Source: an uncultured Planctomycetia bacterium
GTDB lineage: Bacteria; Omnitrophota; Gorgyraeia; 2-02-FULL-51-18
Direction: 5' to 3'
Length of the DNA stretch: 64,000 nt
Assembly: GCA_964606485.1 (NCBI GenBank)
Contig: CAZSGP010000004.1
Coordinates: forward strand, 230,376-294,375
A program made the position numbers and the translations under genes. The notes beneath the pieces are model-generated. The model saw nothing but the letters and a program-made list of their open reading frames with translations. It made no database searches and had not been told where the DNA came from. Below are positions 50,635-58,501 of the stretch, piece by piece (positions within the stretch are counted from its first letter, which is position 1; each line of letters starts with the position of its first letter).

Positions 50635-50656
50635 AACTTTACCCTTCCCGGTTCAA

Positions 50657-50690
50657 CCTGCCTGCCGGCAGGGAGCGCGGGGTTTTTTTT
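50657..50690 (+). terminator. Candidate intrinsic terminator of giant ORF2
   Basis: cctgcc(tgcc)ggcagg inverted repeat at 50657-50672, GC-rich gagcgcgggg, then T8 at 50683-50690. It lies 23 nt after the TAA stop. Confidence 0.55.
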
Positions 50691-50698
50691 GTTATAAT
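50690..50698 (+). promoter_or_regulatory. Extended -10 element (TGtTATAAT) for the TPR/VWA/GT4 operon
   Basis: tgttataat at 50690-50698 lies immediately after the terminator T-run and about 7 nt upstream of the GTG start at 50705, so the transcript may be leaderless or have a very short leader. I saw no clear -35. Confidence 0.3.
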
Positions 50699-50704
50699 AG
50701 ACGG

Positions 50705-52771
50705 GTGAAGCGCTCTCTTTTTTTAACCCTAACCGTTTTCTGTCTCATCACTCCCATTTCATGGGCCGCCGACTCCGATCTTGATTTTGCTAATGGGTTG
50801 TACGTCCGCAAAATGTACGAACCGGCGGTTGCAGAGTACGAAAAGTTTATTCAACAAAATCCAACGTCGACTGAAATCCCATCCGCCCGGTTTCGTGCGG
50901 CGGACTGTTACTTTTTCCTGAAGGATTACCGGAAAGCGTCATTTTACTTTGATGCATTTCTAAAAGAGTTTCCGTCGGACTCTCGCAGCGATTTAGCCCA
51001 GTTTCGTTTAGGAAGCGCCTATTTTTTGCTCGGCAAGTCCGGTGACGCGACACACACGCTGACCAAGCTTCTGATTACTTCTAAAGATGAAGCCATTCGC
51101 GGGGGCGCGGTGTTTTATTTGGCGAAGACTCAAAACGCCGCTAGCCGGTCGAGGCGCGGGCAGGCGTTGCTCGCGAAGCTTCTTAAAAATTATCCTCAAA
51201 GTGAATACGCGTCCTACGCGGGAGTGGTGATGGGGGATAGTTTCCTAAAGGAAGGGCGTTTCGATGACGCGCTTAACGCTTACCAAATTGCCGCGAGCAA
51301 TAAAGAGCCTGCTGATTTAGTGAGCGAAGCAAGCCTCAAAATCGCTGAAACGTACTTTCAAATAAAGGATTACAAAAAAGCGCGGGACGCGTATGAAATC
51401 GTCCAGAAACTTCCAAATAGCGAAGCGTGGCTCGAAGACGTGACAACGGGTTTATTTTATTGTGAAATTTATTTAAAAAATCCGTCTTCTGCCAAAAAAA
51501 TATGGGAAGAAAACGAATCGCTTTTACTCAAGTCCCACGATGGCGCTTCCATGGCGCAGGGTGCGGCTCTGATTTATTTTGCGGACAAAAATTATCCAAA
51601 GGCGCTCGAACTTTTTAATCAATGCCGCCCAACGGACACGGTGCTTTATAAGAAAGCCGCGTGTCTTGCGGCACTCGGCCAAAAAAATGAAACGCAGGCG
51701 GTGCTTGAGCGTTTGGCGCGGGAGTACCCTAAAAGTGAATTTACGCCGCGTGCGCTACTGGAGCTTTCTCAAATTTACATGGACGTGAAAGACTATGAAC
51801 GCGCCGCCGAGTTTTCAAAAGAGCTTGTGGAGCGTTTTCCTAAAAATGAATGGGTGGATCTCGCGCATTACAAGCAAGGCGTTGCGCTCACGGCTCTCGG
51901 CCGTCCAAAGGAGGCCTTGCTTAGTTTCGAAGAGATTCTTTTAGGTAATCCATTTTCTAAACTTTACGCCGAGTCGCTCTACGGTGCCGCGGTTTGTGCG
52001 AAGCAATTAAAAGACACTCCAAAAGAACAGACGTATCTTGAGCAATTTTTAAAAGCAACGCCCACGCACGCGTTAGCGGTTTCAGTAAAATCAAGGCTTG
52101 CGGTGCTTTACTTTGACGCTCAAACGTTTGATAGTGCTGCAGAAATTGTCAAAGAAGCTCTGCTCCAAAATTCAAAAATCGAGATCACCTCCAATCAGGC
52201 GCTGTGGCTATGCCAATATTTATTGGATCACAGCGATTACGACGTGCTGACCAAAGCACTCGCGGAAATCCCAAAACGTTTCCCTAGTGAAAATCTTCAA
52301 CATGAAATCGATTTTTTAACGGCTGAAAATTGGATGGGTTTAAAAAAACCAAAAACTGCCCTCGAGTTTTACGACAAAAGTATTGGTGACAACGCTTCCG
52401 GAAAATTTGTGGCGCATGCGTATTTGGGGCTCGGCGTCGCCAATGCCGCCGAAGGGCGCTTCTCCAACGCGGAAGTTTTTTTCAACAAGGCACTCGGGTT
52501 TCAAAAAGAAACGGCCGTATCCGCGCGGGCGCGTTTTGAACTGGCTTCTTTGCGCCTTCGCGAGGGGCAAACCGAAGAAGCCGCCAAAGCCTTTATGCTT
52601 GTAGCCGTGCTCTACGATGATGCAAAATACTCGAGCATCGCGCTCTACAAGGCAGGGGAGTGTTTCACAGCTTCGGGGCAAATAGAAAACGCTGAGCATG
52701 CATTTGAAGAATTAAAGAACCGGTATCCTAAAAGTGAATGGGCCAAAAAAGCGGAAGGTTTTAACGGATGA
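50705..52771 (+). CDS. Secreted TPR-repeat protein (689 aa); GTG start chosen instead of the track's upstream extension at 50540
   Basis: VKRSLFLTLTVFCLITPISWA followed by ADSD is a classic Sec signal peptide. Many TPR-like helical hairpins follow (YFLLGKSGDA, AETYFQIKDYKKARDAYE, ...). The track's 50540 start would run through the upstream terminator. Confidence 0.7.
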   Translation: MKRSLFLTLTVFCLITPISWAADSDLDFANGLYVRKMYEPAVAEYEKFIQQNPTSTEIPSARFRAADCYFFLKDYRKASFYFDAFLKEFPSDSRSDLAQFRLGSAYFLLGKSGDATHTLTKLLITSKDEAIRGGAVFYLAKTQNAASRSRRGQALLAKLLKNYPQSEYASYAGVVMGDSFLKEGRFDDALNAYQIAASNKEPADLVSEASLKIAETYFQIKDYKKARDAYEIVQKLPNSEAWLEDVTTGLFYCEIYLKNPSSAKKIWEENESLLLKSHDGASMAQGAALIYFADKNYPKALELFNQCRPTDTVLYKKAACLAALGQKNETQAVLERLAREYPKSEFTPRALLELSQIYMDVKDYERAAEFSKELVERFPKNEWVDLAHYKQGVALTALGRPKEALLSFEEILLGNPFSKLYAESLYGAAVCAKQLKDTPKEQTYLEQFLKATPTHALAVSVKSRLAVLYFDAQTFDSAAEIVKEALLQNSKIEITSNQALWLCQYLLDHSDYDVLTKALAEIPKRFPSENLQHEIDFLTAENWMGLKKPKTALEFYDKSIGDNASGKFVAHAYLGLGVANAAEGRFSNAEVFFNKALGFQKETAVSARARFELASLRLREGQTEEAAKAFMLVAVLYDDAKYSSIALYKAGECFTASGQIENAEHAFEELKNRYPKSEWAKKAEGFNG

Positions 52772-54486
52772 AAATAAATCGAAAAAGTGAATATTTTTGG
52801 CCGATTTTGCTAGCCCTACTCGCGCACGCGGCTATGATTCTGGCGTTTGTGTTTATCCACATCCCCTATGCAGATTTTTTGAAAAATTCGATGCCAACGT
52901 TTGATTTGGATGCGACTTCCATAGAGGGGGATTCCTCAGGAAATTCTATCGGAGAAGGGGCAGGCGATCTAGCAAATGCGATTTTAGCCGCCGCCGGAAA
53001 CTCGACGGACCCGACGGTGAACGACGTCCCTCTAGGGTCTCTACTGGAAGATCAGAAAGATGAACGCGCGCTTCTTGAGCCGCTAGAAGCGCGAAAGCCG
53101 CAACTAGCCGCGCTTTCAAAGTCGCCGCAGCAGCGCCAAACCGAATTATTTGAAATTCAAAACCGCCTCGTGAAAGAAAAAATTGAAGTGGGTCAAAAAA
53201 CGGTGGAAGAGTACAACAGTTTTAAGACCGCGGACCTGGATCGCGCGGGAAGCGGATCCAGCGACGTGGTCAGCGCCTTAAACGAAGCCTCGCGTTCGGC
53301 TGATCAAGAAATCTTAAATTCTTTAGGCATGGATCCCGAAGAGGGGATGCCCGGGTTTACGCCGGGGACGTCTTCGCGGTACGGCACGACGTCCGGTTCA
53401 GCGCTCGGTCAGGGTTTGGGAGAAAAGGCTGGGGGTCTTGGACGCTTTGAAAGGCTTGATCAATTTTTAGACATCGAAGTGCTGACGTTTGAAGAGTCTG
53501 GAGACGACCAAAAATACTTCGTCATCAAAATTTTCGCAAAGCCCGGCGCTCAGGCGCTCAAAGTTCAACCCAAAGAAATGCTTTTTACAATTGATGCTTC
53601 TTTAAGTATTTCGGTGGATCGCCTCGAAGAATTTAAACGCGGTATCCGTTACTGTTTGGAAAATTTAAATAAAGGCGACACGTTTAACATTATCGCCTTC
53701 AAAGATCGCGTGAGTTTTTTTATGCCGCATTCAGTTGCCGCAACACCGGATACGATTAAGCGCGCTGAAAAATTTGTCAGCGAACTCACGGCGAGCGAGC
53801 GCACCGATGTGTACGCAGTGTTCGATAAAATCGTCAAACTACCGCTCGACCGCAAACCCTCGAACGTCATGCTGATTACGGACGGACGACCGACGGCGGG
53901 AGTTGTGGATTCCCGAGAGCTGATCAATTCGGTGACGCGCATCAACGGCAAGGCTCGACCCATTTTTGCGTTTAGCGGTGGCGCCAAAGTAAACCGGTAC
54001 CTTTTAGATTTTGCAGCGTACCAAAACCGCGCCTGGTCAGAATTTGTGAAGAAAACGCCGGACATCGACAAGGGCCTTGCGCGTTTTTATGACAAATTAA
54101 AAGATCCGCTGTTTCTTAATTTACGGTACCGCCTGAATGCCGTTTCCGAAGAAAATGTTTTCCCCAAAGCCTTGCCCGATTTTTACAAGGGAGCCGAGTT
54201 TACCTTGTATGGCACGTATCAGAACGAAAACGAGTTTTCAATGCAGCTTTTGGGAGATTCGGACGGCGCCACCAAAGAACTTATTTTTAAACGCGCGCTC
54301 AAAAACGCCAAAAAGGGAGGAGCTGAAATCCGACAGGCCTGGGCCTTTAATAAAATTTACGCGCTGATTAGCCAACTCACGGAGCAAGGTTCGAGCCCAG
54401 CCCTTTTATCTGAAATCCGGGATTTGAGCAAGAGGTACGGCATCGCGACGCCGTATTCGCCCGAGATCGAGGCGATGGATTCTTGA
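52768..54486 (+). CDS. Membrane-anchored von Willebrand factor A (VWA) domain protein (BatA/BatB-like)
   Basis: ATGA start/stop overlap with the TPR gene. N-terminal TM YFWPILLALLAHAAMILAFVFIHI. MIDAS-like DASLSIS plus TDVYAVFD plus MLITDGRPTAG, which is the VWA D-x-S-x-S / T / D series. Confidence 0.75.
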   Translation: MKINRKSEYFWPILLALLAHAAMILAFVFIHIPYADFLKNSMPTFDLDATSIEGDSSGNSIGEGAGDLANAILAAAGNSTDPTVNDVPLGSLLEDQKDERALLEPLEARKPQLAALSKSPQQRQTELFEIQNRLVKEKIEVGQKTVEEYNSFKTADLDRAGSGSSDVVSALNEASRSADQEILNSLGMDPEEGMPGFTPGTSSRYGTTSGSALGQGLGEKAGGLGRFERLDQFLDIEVLTFEESGDDQKYFVIKIFAKPGAQALKVQPKEMLFTIDASLSISVDRLEEFKRGIRYCLENLNKGDTFNIIAFKDRVSFFMPHSVAATPDTIKRAEKFVSELTASERTDVYAVFDKIVKLPLDRKPSNVMLITDGRPTAGVVDSRELINSVTRINGKARPIFAFSGGAKVNRYLLDFAAYQNRAWSEFVKKTPDIDKGLARFYDKLKDPLFLNLRYRLNAVSEENVFPKALPDFYKGAEFTLYGTYQNENEFSMQLLGDSDGATKELIFKRALKNAKKGGAEIRQAWAFNKIYALISQLTEQGSSPALLSEIRDLSKRYGIATPYSPEIEAMDS

Positions 54487-55589
54487 AAATTCTTCATCTC
54501 ACCACCCATTTAAATGCCGGCGGGATTACGAAGTATTGTCTCCTTGTTGGAAAGCGTCAAGTCGAAGAAGGACATGACGTGACTATTCTTTCAGCGGGGG
54601 GAGAGCTAGAGGAGCGATTTCGGGAAGCGGGAATTCGAACGATTAATTTCCCAATCCGCGCCAAAAGTTTCTTAAGCCCGAAGTTATGGATGAATTTTTC
54701 TCGGATATTAGGTTTTATCAAAGAAGAGTCTTTCCAAGTGTTGCACGCGCATACCCGAGTGACTCAAGTGCTTGCGGGGGCTCTTTCACGCATCAGCGGC
54801 ATTCCAGTCGTCACAACGGCGCACGGTTTTTTTAAGCGAAATTTTGGCCGTAAAATTATTCCCGCATGGGGCAAGCGGGTTGTTGCCATTAGCTCTGTTG
54901 TTTCGGAAGAACTCGAAAAAACCCACAAAGTTCAAAAAGATAAAATCCGCATTATTTTTAATGCGATCGATTTTGCGGCGCATCGCAAACAGTTGGCCGA
55001 GCAAAATCCATCCGAACTGCGCCGTGCTCTGGGAGTCAAAGACAACACCGTGATCATCGGTTGTATTGCGCGTTTTGTGGAAGATAAGGGCCATGCGTAT
55101 TTGATTGAAGCCGCCGCCCTTCTCAAGAAAAAAAATCCCAATTTTCATGTTATTTTAATCGGCGATGGGCGCGAGAAAAAAAATTTGGAGCGCCTAGTGG
55201 CTCGCCGCGGCCTTAAAAAAGATGTGACATTTGTCGCAGCGCAGGGCGATATAATCCCGTATTATGCTGTGATAGATATTTTTGTGCATCCGGCGACCTT
55301 CCGGGAGGGATTTGGCCTCGCCATTCTCGAGGCCATGGCCTCAAAGATTCCTGTAGTGGCGACTGACATTTGGGCGGTAAACTCTATCATTCGAAATCGA
55401 GTGAACGGATTTTTGGTTCCGCCTAAAAGTGCGGATGCGATTCAAAAGGCGATTGTGGAAATTATTCAGAACCCTGAATTCGCGGGGTCAGTGGCGGAGA
55501 ATGCGTACCAAAATGCATTGCAAAATTATTCGATGGACCGGTTTAGCCGGGAGCTAGAGACAGTTTATGAAGAAGTTATTAAAAAATAG
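54483..55589 (+). CDS. Glycosyltransferase family 4 (GT-B fold)
   Basis: TTGA overlap with the VWA gene. N-terminus MKILHLTTHLNAGGITKY (GT4 N-domain-like). C-domain EGFGLAILEAMASKIPVVATD matches the GT4 E-x7-E region. Confidence 0.8.
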   Translation: MKILHLTTHLNAGGITKYCLLVGKRQVEEGHDVTILSAGGELEERFREAGIRTINFPIRAKSFLSPKLWMNFSRILGFIKEESFQVLHAHTRVTQVLAGALSRISGIPVVTTAHGFFKRNFGRKIIPAWGKRVVAISSVVSEELEKTHKVQKDKIRIIFNAIDFAAHRKQLAEQNPSELRRALGVKDNTVIIGCIARFVEDKGHAYLIEAAALLKKKNPNFHVILIGDGREKKNLERLVARRGLKKDVTFVAAQGDIIPYYAVIDIFVHPATFREGFGLAILEAMASKIPVVATDIWAVNSIIRNRVNGFLVPPKSADAIQKAIVEIIQNPEFAGSVAENAYQNALQNYSMDRFSRELETVYEEVIKK

Positions 55590-55601
55590 CGTCGGGTCCT
55601 G

Positions 55602-55680
55602 CCGGCGGTTGTCCGTTCGAAAGCCACCTTCGGTGTTTTCGAGACGGACGCCTACCGCCGTCACCCAACGCTATTTTTTT
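55602..55680 (+). promoter_or_regulatory. Compound stem-loop plus T7 run between GT4 and the hem cluster (terminator and/or 5'-UTR structure)
   Basis: gtccgtTCGAAAgccaccttcggtgTTTTCGAgacggac (55611-55649) is a nested hairpin, flanked by ccggcggt / accgccg (55602-55609 and 55654-55660), then ctaTTTTTTT at 55671-55680, 11 nt before the hemD-like start. Confidence 0.3.
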
Positions 55681-55691
55681 GGAATATATTT

Positions 55692-56543
55692 ATGAAGCCG
55701 CTCGACGGATTAACGATTGTTTCATTCGAGAGCCGCCACGCAAAGACGATGGCGGATCTGATTCGTCTGCAGGGCGGGACCCCTTTTGAAGCGCCGTCTA
55801 TGAAAGAGGTGACCCTCGAAGGAAACCAACATGTGTTTGAATTTGCCGAAAAATTATTGGCCGGCAAAGTCGATGTGCTCATTCTGCTAACCGGCGTCGG
55901 CACAAAAGCACTCGTCAATGTCCTCGAGGCCCGCTATTCGAAAGACACAATTTTAGAAGCATTTCGCAAGACGACAATTGTGCCTCGTGGTCCAAAGCCG
56001 ATACGCGTATTAAAGGAATGGGGCATTCCCTACGCGCTCACGGTGCCGGAACCCAACACGTGGCGGGAATTGTTGGAGACGATGGATAAGGGTGTAGGGG
56101 CGCAATTAATTGCGCCCATGAACGGTAAAAAGGTATACGTCCAAGAATACGGCGTCACAAACGCCGAGCTCACCGAAGGTCTTGAAAAGCGCGGCGCTCA
56201 AGTGGTCGTGGTGCCCGTTTACAAATGGGCTTTGCCAGATAATCTAGAACCTTTAAAGGAAGCAGTCCGGATGATTACTAGTCGCAAAGTGCAAGGTGCC
56301 TTTTTTACGACGTCCGTTCAAATTAAACATGTTTTGCAGGTTGCAGAAAAAATGGGTGTTGCGGCGGAGTCTTTGCGTGACGCATTCAAAAAAATAGTGG
56401 TCGCGTCGATCGGACCGGACTGCTCGGAAACCATGCGGGCCTGTGGCGTGCCGCCGGATCTTGAGCCTGAACAAACAAAGATGGCCAATTTGGTGCAAGA
56501 GATGGCGATAAAAGCAAAATCAGTATTGGAGACTAAAAAATGA
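55692..56543 (+). CDS. hemD: Uroporphyrinogen-III synthase-like protein (HemD family), tentative
   Basis: 283 aa with two half-domains: LTIVSFESR...VDVLILLTGVGTKAL and GAFFTTSVQIKHV...ASIGPDCSETMRACGV. This fits the HemD duplicated Rossmann-like layout. ATGA overlap with hemE. Product call is from context and weak motif similarity. Confidence 0.55.
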   Translation: MKPLDGLTIVSFESRHAKTMADLIRLQGGTPFEAPSMKEVTLEGNQHVFEFAEKLLAGKVDVLILLTGVGTKALVNVLEARYSKDTILEAFRKTTIVPRGPKPIRVLKEWGIPYALTVPEPNTWRELLETMDKGVGAQLIAPMNGKKVYVQEYGVTNAELTEGLEKRGAQVVVVPVYKWALPDNLEPLKEAVRMITSRKVQGAFFTTSVQIKHVLQVAEKMGVAAESLRDAFKKIVVASIGPDCSETMRACGVPPDLEPEQTKMANLVQEMAIKAKSVLETKK

Positions 56544-57553
56544 TTTTTGTAAAAGCGTGCCGGGGAGAAGCGACACCTCGTGTTCCGGTGTGGCTCATGC
56601 GCCAAGCCGGTCGTTACATGCGCGAATACCGTGACGTGCGTGAGAAATACACTTTTTTGGAGCTCTGCAAAAATAAGGACTTGGTCACCGAAGTCACGGT
56701 GTACGCTCAAGAAAGAATTAAAGCGGACGCTGCGATTATTTTTTCGGATATTTTACTGATCACCGAAGCGTTCGGTATGCCGCTGGATTATAAAAAAGGC
56801 GACGGCCCGTCGATTGGAAATACGATTCAAAGCGAGAGCGACGTCAAAAATTTAAAAGATTTTCACATCGAAGAATCATTGGGCTACGTGCTCGAGGCCA
56901 TTCGGCAAACGAAGAAGGCGCTGAAGCCCGAGATTGCGCTGATCGGATTTGCGGGTGCGCCGTTTACGCTCGCGTCCTACATGATTGAAGGAAGCGGCAC
57001 TAAAGATTTTATTAAAACAAAAAATTTCATGCACCATCACCCCAAAGCATGGCAACATTTGCTTGAAAAAATTGCGGATAAAACCGCCGCGTACTTAAAA
57101 CTTCAGGCGAAGGCGGGCGCAGACGTGGTTCAGCTCTTTGATAGCTGGATTGGAAATTTAACCGAAAGCGAATATGAAAAATACGCGCTTCCGTATTCTA
57201 AGCGACTGCTCGACGCGTTAAAAGGCGAGGTGTTGACGATTCATTTTGGAACGGGGACCGCACCCTTTTTAGAAAAGTTTGCGGAGGCGGGCGGTGACGT
57301 GATCAGCGTCGACCATCATATCCGCTTGGATGAAGCGTGGCGCCGCATTGGCCCCGGGAAGGCTCTGCAGGGGAATCTAGACCCGCGTATTTTACTCAGA
57401 GACTTAAAGACCATCGAAAAACACACACGGGAAGTGTTGGGCCAAGTCAAAGGCCGGCCTGGGTACATTTTTAATTTAGGGCATGGGGTTTTGCCGGAAA
57501 CCCCGGTAGAAAATGTGATTGCTCTTGTGGAGATGGTTCATGGGAATCAATAA
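56540..57553 (+). CDS. hemE: Uroporphyrinogen decarboxylase
   Basis: PVWLMRQAGRYMREYR N-terminal signature, about 337 aa, full-length TIM-barrel UroD architecture. Confidence 0.9.
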   Translation: MIFVKACRGEATPRVPVWLMRQAGRYMREYRDVREKYTFLELCKNKDLVTEVTVYAQERIKADAAIIFSDILLITEAFGMPLDYKKGDGPSIGNTIQSESDVKNLKDFHIEESLGYVLEAIRQTKKALKPEIALIGFAGAPFTLASYMIEGSGTKDFIKTKNFMHHHPKAWQHLLEKIADKTAAYLKLQAKAGADVVQLFDSWIGNLTESEYEKYALPYSKRLLDALKGEVLTIHFGTGTAPFLEKFAEAGGDVISVDHHIRLDEAWRRIGPGKALQGNLDPRILLRDLKTIEKHTREVLGQVKGRPGYIFNLGHGVLPETPVENVIALVEMVHGNQ

Positions 57554-57558
57554 TCGAA

Positions 57559-58452
57559 ATGAATAAAAAGACAGCGGTTCTTCTCATTGGCTTCGGCGGT
57601 CCAAAAAAGATGGAAGAGGTTCGCCCTTTCCTTGAAAACGTCCTTAAGGGAATTCGCATTCCTCAGGAGCGTTTTGATGAGGTTCTGCATCACTATGAAC
57701 TCATCGGTGGCGTGTCGCCTTACATTGAATACACGCACAAACAGGCGGTGGCGCTTCAAAATTGGCTGCTCGTTGCCGGCCAAAAGCTTCCGGTGGCTGT
57801 CGGGTTTCGTCATTCGTTTCCGTTTTACAAAGATATTTTTGAGGAATTTAAGAAAAAAGGCATCCAGCGTGTGATCGGCATCGTTCTCGCCGGTTTCCGG
57901 TCGTATTCCAGTTTCGAAAAATATATTGAGCGTGTTGAAGAGGGTCAGAAGGAGGCTGGTGCAGGCGATATTCAGATTGAATACACAGATGAATTTTATT
58001 TGGACCCTCTTTTTATTGAAGCTCAAGCCGAGCTCATCCATAAATCACCGCGGACATTTTATATTTTTTCCGCACACTCCATTCCTGTTGAGATGTCGAA
58101 CAAGAGTAACTACGCCGGACAGTTTTTAAAAACGGCTCAGGCGATTGCCGAAATGTCGGGGCTCGACCATTGGACGATTGCCTACCAAAGCCGCAGTGGC
58201 TCTCCGCGCGATCCGTGGCTCGAACCGAGCATCGAATCCATCATTGAAAAAATCGACACCAATGGATTTCAAGAAGTGTGCTTATTGCCGATTGGATTTT
58301 TATGCGAGAACGTTGAAATTTTGTACGACTTGGATATCGAAACTAAAAAATTCTGTGAAGACCGGGGACTTAAGTACCGCCGGTCGAAGGCTGTGAATGA
58401 TCATGCGCTGTTTATTGAAATGATGGGTGAACTCGTTCTCTCGAAAATCTAA
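57559..58452 (+). CDS. hemH: Ferrochelatase
   Basis: TAVLLIGFGGP N-terminus. FSAHSIP (catalytic His region). WLEPSI...LLPIGFLCENVEILYDLDIE aligns with ferrochelatase PWL...GF..DHLE.LYD.D.E with the acidic Glu conserved. Confidence 0.9.
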   Translation: MNKKTAVLLIGFGGPKKMEEVRPFLENVLKGIRIPQERFDEVLHHYELIGGVSPYIEYTHKQAVALQNWLLVAGQKLPVAVGFRHSFPFYKDIFEEFKKKGIQRVIGIVLAGFRSYSSFEKYIERVEEGQKEAGAGDIQIEYTDEFYLDPLFIEAQAELIHKSPRTFYIFSAHSIPVEMSNKSNYAGQFLKTAQAIAEMSGLDHWTIAYQSRSGSPRDPWLEPSIESIIEKIDTNGFQEVCLLPIGFLCENVEILYDLDIETKKFCEDRGLKYRRSKAVNDHALFIEMMGELVLSKI

Positions 58453-58501
58453 CTTTTTTGTAACCTATCACCACCTCCGGGGTGGTAATGGTAAGGCGGA
58501 C

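Noticed and set aside
208-50579. About 90 short minus-strand ORFs (60-204 aa) listed in the track inside the two giant genes, for example 9244..9858, 20115..20603, 28177..28337, 46998..47462
   Set aside because: All lie antisense within one continuous long + ORF. Many fall in the low-complexity GC/A-rich repeat tracts, where antisense frames are open by composition (Ala/Ser-rich translations). No RBS or domain evidence.
50540-50704. Track's upstream extension of the TPR gene to 50540, which has no in-frame ATG
   Set aside because: The extension would overlap the end of giant ORF2 and read through its terminator hairpin and T8. A GTG at 50705 gives a textbook signal peptide (KRSLFLTLTVFCLITPISWA|AD) directly after the extended -10.
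57559-58452. Ferrochelatase has CENVE where many homologues have DHLE/DHIE; considered as a possible inactive or variant enzyme
   Set aside because: The functionally critical Glu aligns (ENVE against DHLE). The preceding Asp-His pair varies among known active ferrochelatases (E. coli has DC as I recall). The catalytic His in SAHS is present.
58427-58501. Track's start of hemY at 58427 (MNSFSRKSNFF...)
   Set aside because: It would overlap hemH by 26 nt. An ATG at 58502 is preceded by AAGG and begins directly with the FAD-binding MKKIAVIGGGISG motif.
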